A DNA stretch of 64,000 nt from Desulfobacterales bacterium (GTDB lineage: Bacteria > Desulfobacterota > Desulfobacteria > Desulfobacterales > UBA2174), in the NCBI GenBank assembly GCA_963668645.2, contig CAXXWC010000013.1, positions 243,615 through 307,614 on the forward strand. Direction: 5' to 3'. Under the pieces are notes generated by a model. It was not told where the DNA came from and made no database searches. It saw nothing but the letters and a program-made list of their open reading frames with translations. The position numbers were made by a program, and so were the translations under genes. Numbering within the stretch: the first letter of the stretch is position 1; each line of letters starts with the position of its first letter. Positions 1-11,360 of this stretch are shown in pieces.

Positions 1-52
1 TGAATTGGCGCACGTCCGGATCATCGTCCACTACCAGTACCATCTTGGTCAT
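1..52 (-). CDS. Response regulator receiver domain protein, N-terminal fragment (runs off the window)
   Basis: Manual minus-strand translation from ATG at 52 gives MTKMVLVVDDDPDVRQF, the classic receiver start (hydrophobic strand followed by DDD). It begins 3 nt after the kinase stop codon. Confidence 0.8.
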   Translation of the reverse strand, partial: MTKMVLVVDDDPDVRQF

Positions 53-55
53 TAC

Positions 56-3000
56 TTAACCTCCCGGCATTGAGGGTTTATCTGAATCGAGGGCTGCGGG
101 GGCGGCGCTCGGTGTCGTTGCCGCGGGCAAAATAACGGTGAAACAGGTGCCGATCCCCGGATCGGATCGCACCGCGATGCGGCCGTGATGCTCCTCGATG
201 AGTTTGCGCGTCACGAGAAGCCCCAGACCCGTTCCCCGGGCGCCCTTGGTGCTGAAAAACGAGGTGAAAAGATGGGCCTTGACGTCTTCGTTCATCCCCA
301 TGCCATTGTCTTCCACCTCGAAAGAGATCGTGTCCCGTTCCGGCCGGGTCGTGCGCACCCAAACCCGGTGGCGCTTGTCCATGTCCGAATCGAAGGCGCA
401 GGCGTCGATGGCGTTGGAGATCAGGTTGAGCAGCGCCCGGTGGACAATCCGCGCATCGAGAAACACCGTGCCGATGTCATCGGCAAACTCCCGGACGATT
501 TCCACCCGGCTTTCCTCGGCCACGCCGGCCATCAGGTCGCAGACCTCAGCGGCGATGGCGTTGGGATTGTTGGGTTCGAACTCCGGTTCGCGCTCCTTGG
601 AGTACGAGAGCAAATCGAGAACCAGGTCCGAAACGCGGCCGATGTTGCGTTCGACCATGCGCCAGCCGCTGCGCATCTTATCCGTATCGGCCCGGTCGAT
701 GCCGATCTCCAACAGGTAGCTGCCCCCCTTGAACCCGTGCAGGATGTTCTTGATGCAGTGCGCCATCCCCGCCACGGTCTGACCTACGGCAGCCAACCGT
801 TCGGCGTGGAGCAGTTCGCGCTCCAGGTGTTTGATCGGCCGCAAATCCTGAAAAAAGGCCACCGACCCCATGGGCCGGTCCTCCTCGCGCAAAATGGTCC
901 CCGAATAGCGCACCGGAATCACCTCCCCGTCGCGGTGGGAAACGGTGATCTCCTTCCAGGGAAACTCCCACGACCGGTTGCGGTCGGTCTCGGCATCCCA
1001 CAACTCCTCGACCTGATCCGGGTAAAGATCGAAAGCCCGCATCCGGTTGATCGCCTCCTTGGGCGAATAACCGAACAGGCGCTCGGCTTCCGGATTGAAA
1101 AGCACGATGCGCATCTGATCGTCCGTGGCCACGATGGCATCGGTGGAACTGCGGATCAGCTTGGACTGAAAGTTGGATTTGCGTTTGAGCTCTTCTTGCA
1201 GCAGTGCGTTTTCCATGGTCGCCCCGATGCGGTTGCCGGTCAATTCCAGGGTGTAGAGCTCCTCGGGGCTGAAAAAATCAGCATGGCGGCTGCCCATGCG
1301 GATCACGCCGAAGATCTCTTCAGCCGCGGTCCGGATGGGGATGTAGGCCAGGGACCGGATCCCGGCCTGGCGTATGGAGATCTGTTCGGCCTGGCTGCCG
1401 TCGGGGGGGTGGTTGAAAATGGTCACCTCGCCTGTTTTTGCCACTTGCTGGACGATGCTGTCGGCCCCGCAGATCTGGCCGTCGGTCCCCATGTTCATCA
1501 TTCCGTGCTGGGATTTCAGGCACCAGCGGCGGTCGGCCCCCAGAATGAAAAGACAGATCTGATCGGTTCCCAGGAAGGCCTGGATTTCATGCAGGGCCGC
1601 GTCGATGCGCTTGTCGATGCTCAGCGGCTGGTTGAGGGCCGTGTAGATGCTCACCAGGGTGGCCAGAAGCTGGGTATGGCGGCGGCGCTCCGCTTCGGCA
1701 TGCTTGATTTCCGAGACATCCTGCAGCGTCTCGATGGCCCCGACGATGTTGCCTTCGGGGGACTTGATCGGCGCGGCGGTGAACCAGCACCACTTGCCGT
1801 TGTCTCCAAGCAGGGGCAGGAACTCTTCGGCCTCGTAGGCCCCTTCGATGAGCGCGGAAGGGCGCCAGGCGGATCCGTAGAGCCGCTGCACCTCTTCTTC
1901 CGGAAGCTGATCGAGGATCACATCGGCCATCAGCGGGCGCGGTTTGTCGCGAAAGGGCCGCCAGTGATCCGAGGTGCCAATCATCTTGGTGCCGGGCATT
2001 TCGGTGAGCCGCTCCAGGGCCCGGTTCCAATGGGTCACGATATGGTTCCGGTCGATGACGAAGGTGGGGATGGTGCTCCCCTGGATAATCTGGGCCAGCA
2101 GGCGTTCGCTTTCGGCCAGACGCTGGTTCTGACGATCGCGCTCTTCGGCGGCTTTTTTCTGGGGGGTGACGTCCTGGATCGTCTCGATGGCGCCGACCAC
2201 CCGGCCGTCCGGGGATTTGATGGGCGCAGCGGTAAACCAGCACCAGCGACCTTCCGGCCCCAGGTTGTCGAAAAAGACCTCCGCTTCGTAGGCGTCGGCG
2301 ATCAGCGCCGAGCGGCTCCACCGGTCCCCGTAGAGGCGGCGCATTTGGGCCGCGCCGAGTTGATCGACCACCACGTCGGCCATCGAAAGCCGGTTTTCTT
2401 GCCAGAAAGGGAAGGACTGGCGCCGGGTGCCGACCATCTGTACGGCCCGGGCCCCGGTGAGCCGTTCCATGGCCAGGTTCCAGTGGGTGATGACATGATC
2501 CTGATTGATGACGAAGGTCGGGATCGTGTTGCCCTCGATGATCTGGGCCAAGGTCCGCTGCTGTTTGACCAATTCGCGTTCGATCTGACAGGCGCGCTGG
2601 CTGCGGTGTTTGGCGATGGCGGCGACTCGGTCCACCAGTTCACAGACCAGGGATTCGACCGCCGGAAGGATCTCGGGCAGCTTGCGCAGCCGCTCGATGG
2701 CCTCGGCCCTCAGCCGCGACAGGTGCAGCGCATCCCAGACGACCCGCACGTCGATGTGGTCGATGAACCGCACGCCGGGAGGTATTTTAGCGCGCAGGAT
2801 TTGGGACAGTTCATCGTCGTTGGTGATCTCCACCACCGTGGTCAGCCGGGGCAAATCCAGGATCCGGTGGTAGTCGGTAAAGACGGGGATCGCGCGGGTT
2901 TCGGCCAAGCAGGCACCTGGGGCCGTGGGGTCCAGGTCGGCCACGGCCAGAATCTCCGGCGGCCCGGCCGCCGCAGGAGTCTCGAGCAAAAAGCCGAGCA

Positions 3001-3091
3001 GTTCCTGGCAAAAGGCGCCACCCCCGACGATGGCCAAGTGGGTTCCTATCAGTTGATCGATGCGGTCGGTTTGCACGGCAGCGGCGTCCAT
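56..3091 (-). CDS. Cytoplasmic multi-sensor histidine kinase (Rossmann-like N-terminus, PAS, PAS, GAF, PAS, HisKA, HATPase)
   Basis: H-box AGMAHCIKNIL, N-box NLISNAIDA, DNGMGM, FFSTKG and GTGLGL motifs. PAS/PAC repeats are present. Start at ATG 3091 chosen to avoid overlapping the upstream USP gene. Confidence 0.9.
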   Translation of the reverse strand: MDAAAVQTDRIDQLIGTHLAIVGGGAFCQELLGFLLETPAAAGPPEILAVADLDPTAPGACLAETRAIPVFTDYHRILDLPRLTTVVEITNDDELSQILRAKIPPGVRFIDHIDVRVVWDALHLSRLRAEAIERLRKLPEILPAVESLVCELVDRVAAIAKHRSQRACQIERELVKQQRTLAQIIEGNTIPTFVINQDHVITHWNLAMERLTGARAVQMVGTRRQSFPFWQENRLSMADVVVDQLGAAQMRRLYGDRWSRSALIADAYEAEVFFDNLGPEGRWCWFTAAPIKSPDGRVVGAIETIQDVTPQKKAAEERDRQNQRLAESERLLAQIIQGSTIPTFVIDRNHIVTHWNRALERLTEMPGTKMIGTSDHWRPFRDKPRPLMADVILDQLPEEEVQRLYGSAWRPSALIEGAYEAEEFLPLLGDNGKWCWFTAAPIKSPEGNIVGAIETLQDVSEIKHAEAERRRHTQLLATLVSIYTALNQPLSIDKRIDAALHEIQAFLGTDQICLFILGADRRWCLKSQHGMMNMGTDGQICGADSIVQQVAKTGEVTIFNHPPDGSQAEQISIRQAGIRSLAYIPIRTAAEEIFGVIRMGSRHADFFSPEELYTLELTGNRIGATMENALLQEELKRKSNFQSKLIRSSTDAIVATDDQMRIVLFNPEAERLFGYSPKEAINRMRAFDLYPDQVEELWDAETDRNRSWEFPWKEITVSHRDGEVIPVRYSGTILREEDRPMGSVAFFQDLRPIKHLERELLHAERLAAVGQTVAGMAHCIKNILHGFKGGSYLLEIGIDRADTDKMRSGWRMVERNIGRVSDLVLDLLSYSKEREPEFEPNNPNAIAAEVCDLMAGVAEESRVEIVREFADDIGTVFLDARIVHRALLNLISNAIDACAFDSDMDKRHRVWVRTTRPERDTISFEVEDNGMGMNEDVKAHLFTSFFSTKGARGTGLGLLVTRKLIEEHHGRIAVRSDPGIGTCFTVILPAATTPSAAPAALDSDKPSMPGG
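1715..2550. repeat. Intragenic tandem duplication of a PAS-PAC module (about 1715-2097 and 2168-2550, offset 453 nt)
   Basis: Both copies encode LAQII.G.TIPTFVI...HWN.A.ERLT and WCWFTAAPIKSP.G..VGAIET.QDV, and similarity is visible in the DNA. Confidence 0.85.
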
Positions 3092-3095
3092 TGTC

Positions 3096-3986
3096 TCAGG
3101 GGATGACGAGTACCGGCCGTTCGGCCATTTCGGCCACGCGATGGGAAACACCGCCGAGCCAGTACTCTTCGAACCAGTCCTTGCCGGTACGGCCCATCAC
3201 GATCAGGCTGGCCTCCCGATCGCGGGCGCAGCGAATGATCTGGGCGGCCGTCGGACCGCTTTCCAGGTGGGGTTCGGCCGGGATTCCGGCCGAATGCAGG
3301 CGCCGGCAGTCCGCCTCGAGATGCTCGCGGCACCGGGCCTCCAGGGTCGCAACGGCGGCCGCATCGAAGTCGGCGATGCGGCGCCGGCCGATAATGTGGC
3401 CCACCAAGGCGGATTCCACCAGCGGTCGAAGGGCCAGGATGGCTTCAAGGCCGCGTTGGGAAGGCTCCGACCAGTCGGTGGCCAGCATGGGCCGGGCAAA
3501 GATGCGCGCGTTGGTACGCGTTTGCACCGTGCCGTCCTCGATCCGGTACGGGGCGCGATACTTGGCCATCAGCAAAGGAACCGGCGTGCGCCGCACCAGA
3601 TCCAGTACGTGGCTGCCGACATAGATCTTTTCGAAGCTGGTACGGGATTTACGCCCCGTGACGATCAGGTCGATTTTCTCAGCGGCGGCGATTTGCAGCA
3701 GGGTGGGGTTGACCTCGCCCACCGGCACCTGCCACACAGCCTCGATCCCGGCCTCGACCAGAACGGCGGACCACTGGCGGAAGGTCTCCTCGGCCATCCG
3801 GCGCAGGCGTTCCTCTTCGTCCTTCTGGTAGCCGCCGAAAGGGGTGAACGCGACTTCCTCGCGGGGGATGACGTAGACCATGACCACGCGGCGCAGGCCG
3901 GCTGCGGCCAGCGGCAGCAGGGCCTTGAGGCTGTCGAGGGCCTCATCGCGAAAACGGGTGTGAAAGAGTGCCGATTCGAAGATCAT
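3096..3986 (-). CDS. Tandem-domain universal stress protein
   Basis: Two USP domains: DLIVTGRKS...VGSHVLDLVRRTPVPLL and LIVMGRTG...LGGVSHRVAEMAERPVLVIP. Confidence 0.9.
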   Translation of the reverse strand: MIFESALFHTRFRDEALDSLKALLPLAAAGLRRVVMVYVIPREEVAFTPFGGYQKDEEERLRRMAEETFRQWSAVLVEAGIEAVWQVPVGEVNPTLLQIAAAEKIDLIVTGRKSRTSFEKIYVGSHVLDLVRRTPVPLLMAKYRAPYRIEDGTVQTRTNARIFARPMLATDWSEPSQRGLEAILALRPLVESALVGHIIGRRRIADFDAAAVATLEARCREHLEADCRRLHSAGIPAEPHLESGPTAAQIIRCARDREASLIVMGRTGKDWFEEYWLGGVSHRVAEMAERPVLVIP

Positions 3987-4034
3987 GGTCGATACCTCGC
4001 AGGTCCGGGGCAGTGTTCCGGCCCGCCCGAGGGG

Positions 4035-5477
4035 TTAGAAAAAAATCCAGGTCACCAGCACGAAACAGGGCAGCAGGAAGACCAGGGCGTACTTTAGAAT
4101 ATACCCGAAAAAGCTCGGCATGGGGGTTCCGGCTTCCTCGGCGATGGAGCGCACCATGAAGTTGGGGGCGTTGCCGATGTAGCTGCACGCGCCGAAAAAA
4201 ACCGCGCCTGTGGAGATGGCCTTCAGATAAACGGCCTTTTCGCCCATCATGAGCGCCACGGCCTGCGGTTCGGGCAGGCCCGCGGCGAAGCTGCCGATTG
4301 CGGTGTTGAAAAAGGTCAGATATGTCGGTGCGTTGTCCAAAAAGGACGAGAGTATTCCGGTGATCCAGAAGTAGTGCACCGGCTGTTGGACAACGGCCAT
4401 CAAGAAGGCCAGAGCCCCCTGGCTGCCGGCCTTTAGAATCAGCAGGCAGGGGATCATGGTAATGAAGATGCCGATAAAAAGGTAGGCCACCTCGACGATG
4501 GGAAACCAGGTGAAATCGTTGCGCTCGCGCGTCTCGACGCGGGTCGTGACCATGGACAAAAGTCCCATGATCACCAGCAGCAGGTCGCGGAAATAATCCT
4601 GGACGCTGCGGGCTATGCCGAACAACTCGATGGTGCCCAGCTTGGCCATCCCGCTCATGAGCACCGCCAGCACGATACCGAGGATGAAGATGAAGTTGTG
4701 GGCCCCTTCCAGCCGCAGCGGCACCTTGTCGTCAGCGGCCGGGGCCGGTTTTTCGCGCCGGTAAAAGTAGGTGTCGGTAACGAAGTAGACCGCCAGCAGG
4801 ATTCCTGCCGCCAGCAGCATGTGTGGCAAAATTTTCAGGGTCCAGAAGAACGAAACGCCGTGGAGAAATCCCAGGAAAAGAGGCGGGTCGCCCAAGGGGG
4901 TCAGGGCGCCGCCGATATTGGCCACCACGAAGATGAAAAAGACCACCATGAAGGTCCGCTGCTTGCGGTGGCGATTGGCGCGCAAAAAGGGGCGGATCAT
5001 CAGCATGGCCGCACCGGTGGTGCCCATCCATGAGGCTAGGACCGTGCCGATTGCCAGCATCAGGGTATTGACCAGGGGAGTGCCGCGCAAGGTGCCGGAA
5101 AGCAGGATTCCGCCCGACACCGTATAGAGCGACCAGAGCAGGATGATAAAAGGGACGTAGTCGGCCATCAGGATGTGAAGGATCTCATGAAAAGCCGTGC
5201 CGCGGAAGGCCCAAAGGAATGGAAGGGCCAGGCTGGCGGCCCAAAAAAAGGAGATCTTGCCGAAATGATGGTGCCAGAATCGCGGCACCAGCAGCGGCAG
5301 CAGAGCGATGGAAAGCAGCATGCCGGCAAAAGGGAGGCAGCTCCAGATGGGCAGGATTTCACCCAGATGACCATGGCCGTGGTCGGCCGCGACGGCGGGC
5401 TCGGCGAAAATGAGAAGAGCAATCCCCATTAAGGCGGCCGGCGCCAGGCACATGGGCCGCGACCCGCTTCTCATCAA
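4035..5477 (-). CDS. Putative sodium:proton antiporter (ion transporter superfamily)
   Basis: Polytopic membrane protein with ANIGGALTPLGDPPLFLGFL, LSSFLDNAPTYL and YIGNAPNFMV motifs. Confidence 0.8.
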   Translation of the reverse strand: MMRSGSRPMCLAPAALMGIALLIFAEPAVAADHGHGHLGEILPIWSCLPFAGMLLSIALLPLLVPRFWHHHFGKISFFWAASLALPFLWAFRGTAFHEILHILMADYVPFIILLWSLYTVSGGILLSGTLRGTPLVNTLMLAIGTVLASWMGTTGAAMLMIRPFLRANRHRKQRTFMVVFFIFVVANIGGALTPLGDPPLFLGFLHGVSFFWTLKILPHMLLAAGILLAVYFVTDTYFYRREKPAPAADDKVPLRLEGAHNFIFILGIVLAVLMSGMAKLGTIELFGIARSVQDYFRDLLLVIMGLLSMVTTRVETRERNDFTWFPIVEVAYLFIGIFITMIPCLLILKAGSQGALAFLMAVVQQPVHYFWITGILSSFLDNAPTYLTFFNTAIGSFAAGLPEPQAVALMMGEKAVYLKAISTGAVFFGACSYIGNAPNFMVRSIAEEAGTPMPSFFGYILKYALVFLLPCFVLVTWIFF

Positions 5478-5839
5478 CGTGTCTCCTCGGCGATACTACT
5501 CAGGCGGTTTGCCGCTGCAGTATGGATCGTTTGCCGGAGCGGTCTGCGTTTGGTCCAGGGTCCGAACAGGTGCGCCGGCTGCCGCTTCGACCTGGTTCGA
5601 CTTTAATAAGATGTTCAAGGGCAATTTGGGTATCGGCTAACTCTTTTATTTCGCAGTAAAATACGATATCAGAGGCCGTTTTCAAATGTCAAGTGGCAAT
5701 CAGGATAGACTCAGGCCGGATCTTTTATTGACAAAATATCCGGCTCTGTTTTAGCGTGGCACCTTGTTTTTAGGCCTTTTGGCGTGTTTGGGCTGGGCTG
5801 TCCGGCGCTCGGGCGCCCCTTTCAATCAGGAGAACCACC

Positions 5840-6709
5840 ATCGATACGATTACTTCGATCCGCCAGATGCAGCTGCAGTCGGATACCTGGCGTCGTGAAG
5901 GACTTTGCATCGGCCTGGTGCCGACCATGGGATTTCTTCATGACGGCCACCTCTCTTTGGTCCGCCTGGCCAGGCAGGCGGCAGACCGGTTGGTGGTGAG
6001 CATTTTCGTCAATCCCGCCCAGTTCGCACCCCACGAGGACCTGGCCACCTACCCGCAAGATCCGGAGCGGGACTGCCGCCTGCTGGAGGCCGAGGGCGTG
6101 GATATCGTGTTTATGCCCGAGGCCGGCGACGTATACCCTCAAGGGTACCAGACCCGCGTGCTGCTCGACCATCTGCCCGAACACCTTTGCGGAATCAGCC
6201 GCCCGCTCTTTTTCGGCGGGGTGGCCACCGTGGTGACCAAGCTGTTCAACATCGTCAAACCGCATCTGGCCGTTTTCGGTGAAAAGGACTACCAGCAGTT
6301 GCTGGTAATCCGCCGTCTGGTGGCGGATCTGAACATGGATGTGCGCATTCTGGGCGGCCCGACGGTGCGCGAGGCCGATGGCCTGGCCATGAGCTCACGC
6401 AATGCTTACCTTACTGCCGATGAGCGGCCGTCCGCCTTGACCCTGAACCGTGCCTTGAGGCTCGCTGCCCGGCTGGTGGCCGAGGGTGAGCGCCGGGCGG
6501 AAGTCGTCCTGGACCGGGCCCGCGAACTGATCGGAGCCATGCCCGGCACCCAGATCGACTATATGGCCATCTGTGATCCCCGGTCCCTGGCGGATGTCGC
6601 CGTTATCGAGGAGCCGGTGCGCATGGCGCTGGCCGTCAAAGTGGGCCGAACCCGCTTGATCGACAATCTGGCCCTGGTACCGCCGGGGGCTGCGGAATCC
6701 CGAGAATAG
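5840..6709 (+). CDS. panC: Pantoate--beta-alanine ligase
   Basis: [39 protein letters not shown] and RLIDN motifs. The first ATG is at 5867, but the AGGAG position suggests a start at ATC 5840 (see findings). Confidence 0.95.
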   Translation: MDTITSIRQMQLQSDTWRREGLCIGLVPTMGFLHDGHLSLVRLARQAADRLVVSIFVNPAQFAPHEDLATYPQDPERDCRLLEAEGVDIVFMPEAGDVYPQGYQTRVLLDHLPEHLCGISRPLFFGGVATVVTKLFNIVKPHLAVFGEKDYQQLLVIRRLVADLNMDVRILGGPTVREADGLAMSSRNAYLTADERPSALTLNRALRLAARLVAEGERRAEVVLDRARELIGAMPGTQIDYMAICDPRSLADVAVIEEPVRMALAVKVGRTRLIDNLALVPPGAAESRE

Positions 6710-6719
6710 GAGTCTTAAG

Positions 6720-7889
<1,170 letters not shown>

Positions 7890-7915
7890 TCCTGAGGTCT
7901 GGGACGGTACCTTCG

Positions 7916-7958
7916 AAAGGCCGCGTCTCGCGAGGGGGCGCGGCCTTTGGTGTTTTTT
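7916..7958 (+). terminator. Intrinsic terminator after metK
   Basis: AAAGGCCGCG...CGCGGCCTTT stem followed by a T-rich tract. Confidence 0.7.
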
Positions 7959-7991
7959 CAGGCCTGTGATGAAGCCCCCTAAAGGCGGGGA

Positions 7992-8942
7992 TCATTTTTT
8001 AGCGGGCGGCGGATCGAGCACCACCACCACCTGGCAGGTGCGCAGGAAAGCCAAATGCGCCGAAACGCCATGCAGGGCGGCAGCATCCGAGCGGGTGACG
8101 ATCAATTCGGTCCGGCTGGGACCGGCACTGCGCAACGCCTTTATCAGCAGCGGGTTCTCGCCGATGCGCGCCTCCCGGCGCGCTGCTTCAAGATCGGTCA
8201 GATAGGCGCACATTCCCGATTGGACGGCGAATTCACGGCTGACAAAGGCCGGCCCGAAAACCTCGACTCCGTTTTCGTCACGGATGGTCAGTACCATGGC
8301 CGGGTGCAGATCCGTGCCGCGGGCGTCCACAAGCAGGCCGGTGCGCCGGCCCTCGGGCGCAACGCTGGCCACCGGGGCCCCCACCGGCTGCACCGGTTGA
8401 ACCTCGCGCAGGTCAGCCGGCAGAACCATCTGGCTCAAAGCCCCGGTCATCGGCAGGGCCACTGTTGCACTGGCCGGGCCCTGAGACGGATCGGTCTCAT
8501 CGATTACCTGGGCTGCGGCGGTCAACTCGGCCAACCGGGCTGCCAGTGGGGCGTCCGCCTCGGCCAGATCGCCGATTCGTCTTCGGGCGTCGACCTGGAC
8601 CGCCATCAGGGCCGTGGCGAGGTTGGAGCGGGCTTGCTGCCGGGCGGCATCCAGCGGTGTCGCGCCGTCGGTGGATGCATCTGAGGGCAGCGTTGCGGTG
8701 GCGATGACCCGGGCCGCCGTCCAGTCGATGCGGGCCGCTTCCAGAGGTTCGATCCATCCGCTTGCAGCGGGCGGCAAGTCTGCAGCCATGGCCGAGCCGG
8801 CAATCAGGAAGATCGCCATGAGTCCGCTGCGCCAGAAAAGGAGCCGGTTTTTCGGTTTCGAGGTAAAAGCACGTCTGACGGTAGTCAGCGTCGCAGGAAG
8901 ATGATTCCCCGGTGGATGTCGCTTGCCGTTTTGTTCGGTCAA
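7992..8942 (-). CDS. Conserved exported protein (LPP20/FlgT-like fold suspected)
   Basis: Signal-like segment MAIFLIAGSAMA, plus IDWT, AARQQARSNL and TGLLVDARG blocks. True start may be near 8819. Confidence 0.55.
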   Translation of the reverse strand: MTEQNGKRHPPGNHLPATLTTVRRAFTSKPKNRLLFWRSGLMAIFLIAGSAMAADLPPAASGWIEPLEAARIDWTAARVIATATLPSDASTDGATPLDAARQQARSNLATALMAVQVDARRRIGDLAEADAPLAARLAELTAAAQVIDETDPSQGPASATVALPMTGALSQMVLPADLREVQPVQPVGAPVASVAPEGRRTGLLVDARGTDLHPAMVLTIRDENGVEVFGPAFVSREFAVQSGMCAYLTDLEAARREARIGENPLLIKALRSAGPSRTELIVTRSDAAALHGVSAHLAFLRTCQVVVVLDPPPAKK

Positions 8943-8980
8943 AGACGGTCCCTCCGCTAGATATGAAAACCACCGCCGGT

Positions 8981-9832
8981 TTAGACCCTGCCGCCGGACC
9001 AGCGCAATTTGGTCTTGAGCACATCAAAGTACTGGCGGCCGGCGATTTCGATGAGTTGCACCGGTTCACGACTTTTTCGGACCGTGATTTCGTCCTGTTC
9101 GCCGATGGCCAGGCCGACCTGACCGTCAAAGGTCAGAGCGATATCGGTGGACCCTGCGGCCAGCCGGATACGGATCGAGACCGCATCCGGGACGATCAGG
9201 GGTCTGTTGGTGAGGGTGAACGGGCAAATGGGGGTCAGGATGATACCGGGAACTTCCGGGTGAAGCACCGGGCCGCCGGCGGCCAGTGAATAGGCCGTGG
9301 AGCCGGTGGGGGTCGCCACGATCAAGCCGTCGGCCCGATAGTCGGTCAAGTAGTGCCCGTCGATAAAAGTCTCGATACAGGCCAGCCGTGCCAGGGCGCC
9401 TTTGTTGATTACCAGGTCGTTGAGCACTGTTTCGCGGGCCACAGTCTGCCCGTTGCGTTCGACCTGGACCTGCAAGCGCATCCGAGAGCGGGTTTCAAAT
9501 CCATGGTCGAGGATTTCTTCGACCGCCGCCATCATCTGGCTTTCAGAGACGGCGGCCAGAAATCCGACCTCGCCGAACTTTATGCCGAGCACCGGAACCG
9601 GGTGCGGGCCGAGCCAGCGTACGGCGCTCAGGAAGGTGCCGTCGCCTCCCAGCACGATCACCATCGCCATGTCACGCGGTGCGCTGGAAACCGCCAGCGG
9701 TGAATGCGTCCCCTGCGGGGGGCGGGGGTGGTGCCAAACCACCGCGATCCCGCGCCCGGCCAGCATGGCGGCCAGGGCATCAGCCCTTTCCGCGGCCACC
9801 GGGTCCGTTTTGACAACCAGCCCGATTTTCAT
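8981..9832 (-). CDS. nadK: NAD(+) kinase
   Basis: [12 protein letters not shown] and [21 protein letters not shown] motifs. Start MKIGLVVK at 9832. Confidence 0.95.
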   Translation of the reverse strand: MKIGLVVKTDPVAAERADALAAMLAGRGIAVVWHHPRPPQGTHSPLAVSSAPRDMAMVIVLGGDGTFLSAVRWLGPHPVPVLGIKFGEVGFLAAVSESQMMAAVEEILDHGFETRSRMRLQVQVERNGQTVARETVLNDLVINKGALARLACIETFIDGHYLTDYRADGLIVATPTGSTAYSLAAGGPVLHPEVPGIILTPICPFTLTNRPLIVPDAVSIRIRLAAGSTDIALTFDGQVGLAIGEQDEITVRKSREPVQLIEIAGRQYFDVLKTKLRWSGGRV

Positions 9833-10104
9833 CCGTCTCCCCAAACCTGTCGCGTCTGCCCGTCGCTTAGCACATCGCGCCAGCCATGCTAACGGGAAAG
9901 GCGTTGCCCAGCAACCTTTTTTTCCGCAGCCTGCGCTTGTTTTGTGACCAGTTTTGGCCTTGACGCACCTTGCTAAACCGTCTATAACCATCTAAATTTA
10001 AGCAAAGTTGTGTTTACTTTGGAGCAAATAGGGCGGGGGGCCGTTGTCGATTGCGGCCTCCGTTCATTTCAACCCTTACTCGAATGGCGGAGGAGGATTT
10101 GGCG

Positions 10105-11226
10105 ATGAAACGTTTTGCGTTGTTGTTTAGCGTGCTGGCCCTGGTTGCCGTGTTTGCCGTTTCAGGCATCGCCGTAGCCGATACGATAAAGCTTGGAGTG
10201 GCAGGGCCCCACTCGGGCGACCTGGCGTCTTACGGCCTGCCAACCGTCAAGGCCGCTGAGCTGGTGGTCAAGGACATCAACGCCAAGGGCGGTGTGCTCG
10301 GCAAGCAGGTGGAACTGGTTATCGAAGACGACGTGTGCAAGCCCGAAGTGGCCACCAACACCGCCACCAAGATCGTATCCCAGAAGGTGCCGGTGGTTGT
10401 GGGGCATATTTGCAGCGGAGCCACCAAGGCCGCACTGGGGATCTACAAGGAGGCCAAGGTCATCGCCATTTCGCCGTCGGCCACCAACCCGGCATTGACC
10501 CAGAGCGGCGATTACCCCAATTTCTTCCGCACCATCGCTTCAGACGACGCCCAGGCGCGCCTGGAAGTCGATTTCGCCCTGGACGTGCTCAAACTGAAAA
10601 AAATTGCCGTACTGCATGACAAGGGCGATTACGGCAAGGGGCTGGCTGAGTTCGCCAAGAGTTTTGTCGAGGCGGACCCGCGGGCCGAAGTGGTGCTTTA
10701 CGAGGGGGTCACCCCGGGTGCGGTGGACTATTCGGCCGTGGTGCAGAAGATTAAGCGCACCGGTGCCGAGGCGGTGATTTTCGGCGGCTACCATCCGGAA
10801 GCCTCCAAGATCGTCACCCAGATGCGCAAAAAACGTATGGACACCTTCTTTATCTCCGATGACGGCGTCAAGGACGACACCTTCATCAAGGTGGCCGGCG
10901 AGTATGCCGAGGGCGTTTACGCCACCGGTCCCAAAGACGTATCGAAGAACCCCATGGCCATTGCCGCCAACAAGGCCCACCAGGAAACCTATGGCGCCGA
11001 TCCGGGCGCCTTTTACCTGAATGCCTATGCGGCCACCCTGGCCATTTTGAATGCCGTCGAGAAGGCGGGCGATGCGTATGACTACGACGGGATCGTCAAC
11101 GCGTTGCGCAACGACCCGGTGGACACGCCGCTGGGCACGATCCACTTCGACGAGCGCGGCGATGCCATCGGCGTCGGCTTCTCGATGTACCAGGTCAAAA
11201 ACGGCGTTTACGTAGAAGTTCAGTAA
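10105..11226 (+). CDS. livK: Branched-chain amino acid ABC transporter substrate-binding protein
   Basis: Signal peptide; INAKGGVLGKQVELVIEDD, GHICSGAT and SATNPALT motifs; GGAGG RBS. Confidence 0.9.
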   Translation: MKRFALLFSVLALVAVFAVSGIAVADTIKLGVAGPHSGDLASYGLPTVKAAELVVKDINAKGGVLGKQVELVIEDDVCKPEVATNTATKIVSQKVPVVVGHICSGATKAALGIYKEAKVIAISPSATNPALTQSGDYPNFFRTIASDDAQARLEVDFALDVLKLKKIAVLHDKGDYGKGLAEFAKSFVEADPRAEVVLYEGVTPGAVDYSAVVQKIKRTGAEAVIFGGYHPEASKIVTQMRKKRMDTFFISDDGVKDDTFIKVAGEYAEGVYATGPKDVSKNPMAIAANKAHQETYGADPGAFYLNAYAATLAILNAVEKAGDAYDYDGIVNALRNDPVDTPLGTIHFDERGDAIGVGFSMYQVKNGVYVEVQ

Positions 11227-11247
11227 GCCGTCTCCATCATGAACCCA

Positions 11248-11291
11248 CAGGGGACAGGCCCACATTTTCGGGTCTGCCCCCTGGTTTTTTT
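11248..11291 (+). terminator. Hairpin with T-tract between livK and livH
   Basis: CAGGGGACAGGCCC...GGGTCTGCCCCCTG followed by T7. Confidence 0.65.
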
Positions 11292-11360
11292 CAGTCGCTG
11301 TCGCGCTGACGCTCTTTTTCCGGCGTCATCTTCCGGCGACCGGCATACGGACGAAGGTCC

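Noticed and set aside
185..3106. 973 aa plus-strand ORF, and similar long ORFs at 20300-22105, 24003-26075, 32539-34404, 41445-43085 and 47634-49568
   Set aside because: These are antisense shadows of well-supported genes, expected with high-GC codon bias, and show no recognisable motifs.
5640..5830. SAM riboswitch upstream of panC-metK
   Set aside because: No SAM-I or SAM-II consensus was recognised; only divergent promoter-like hexamers are present.
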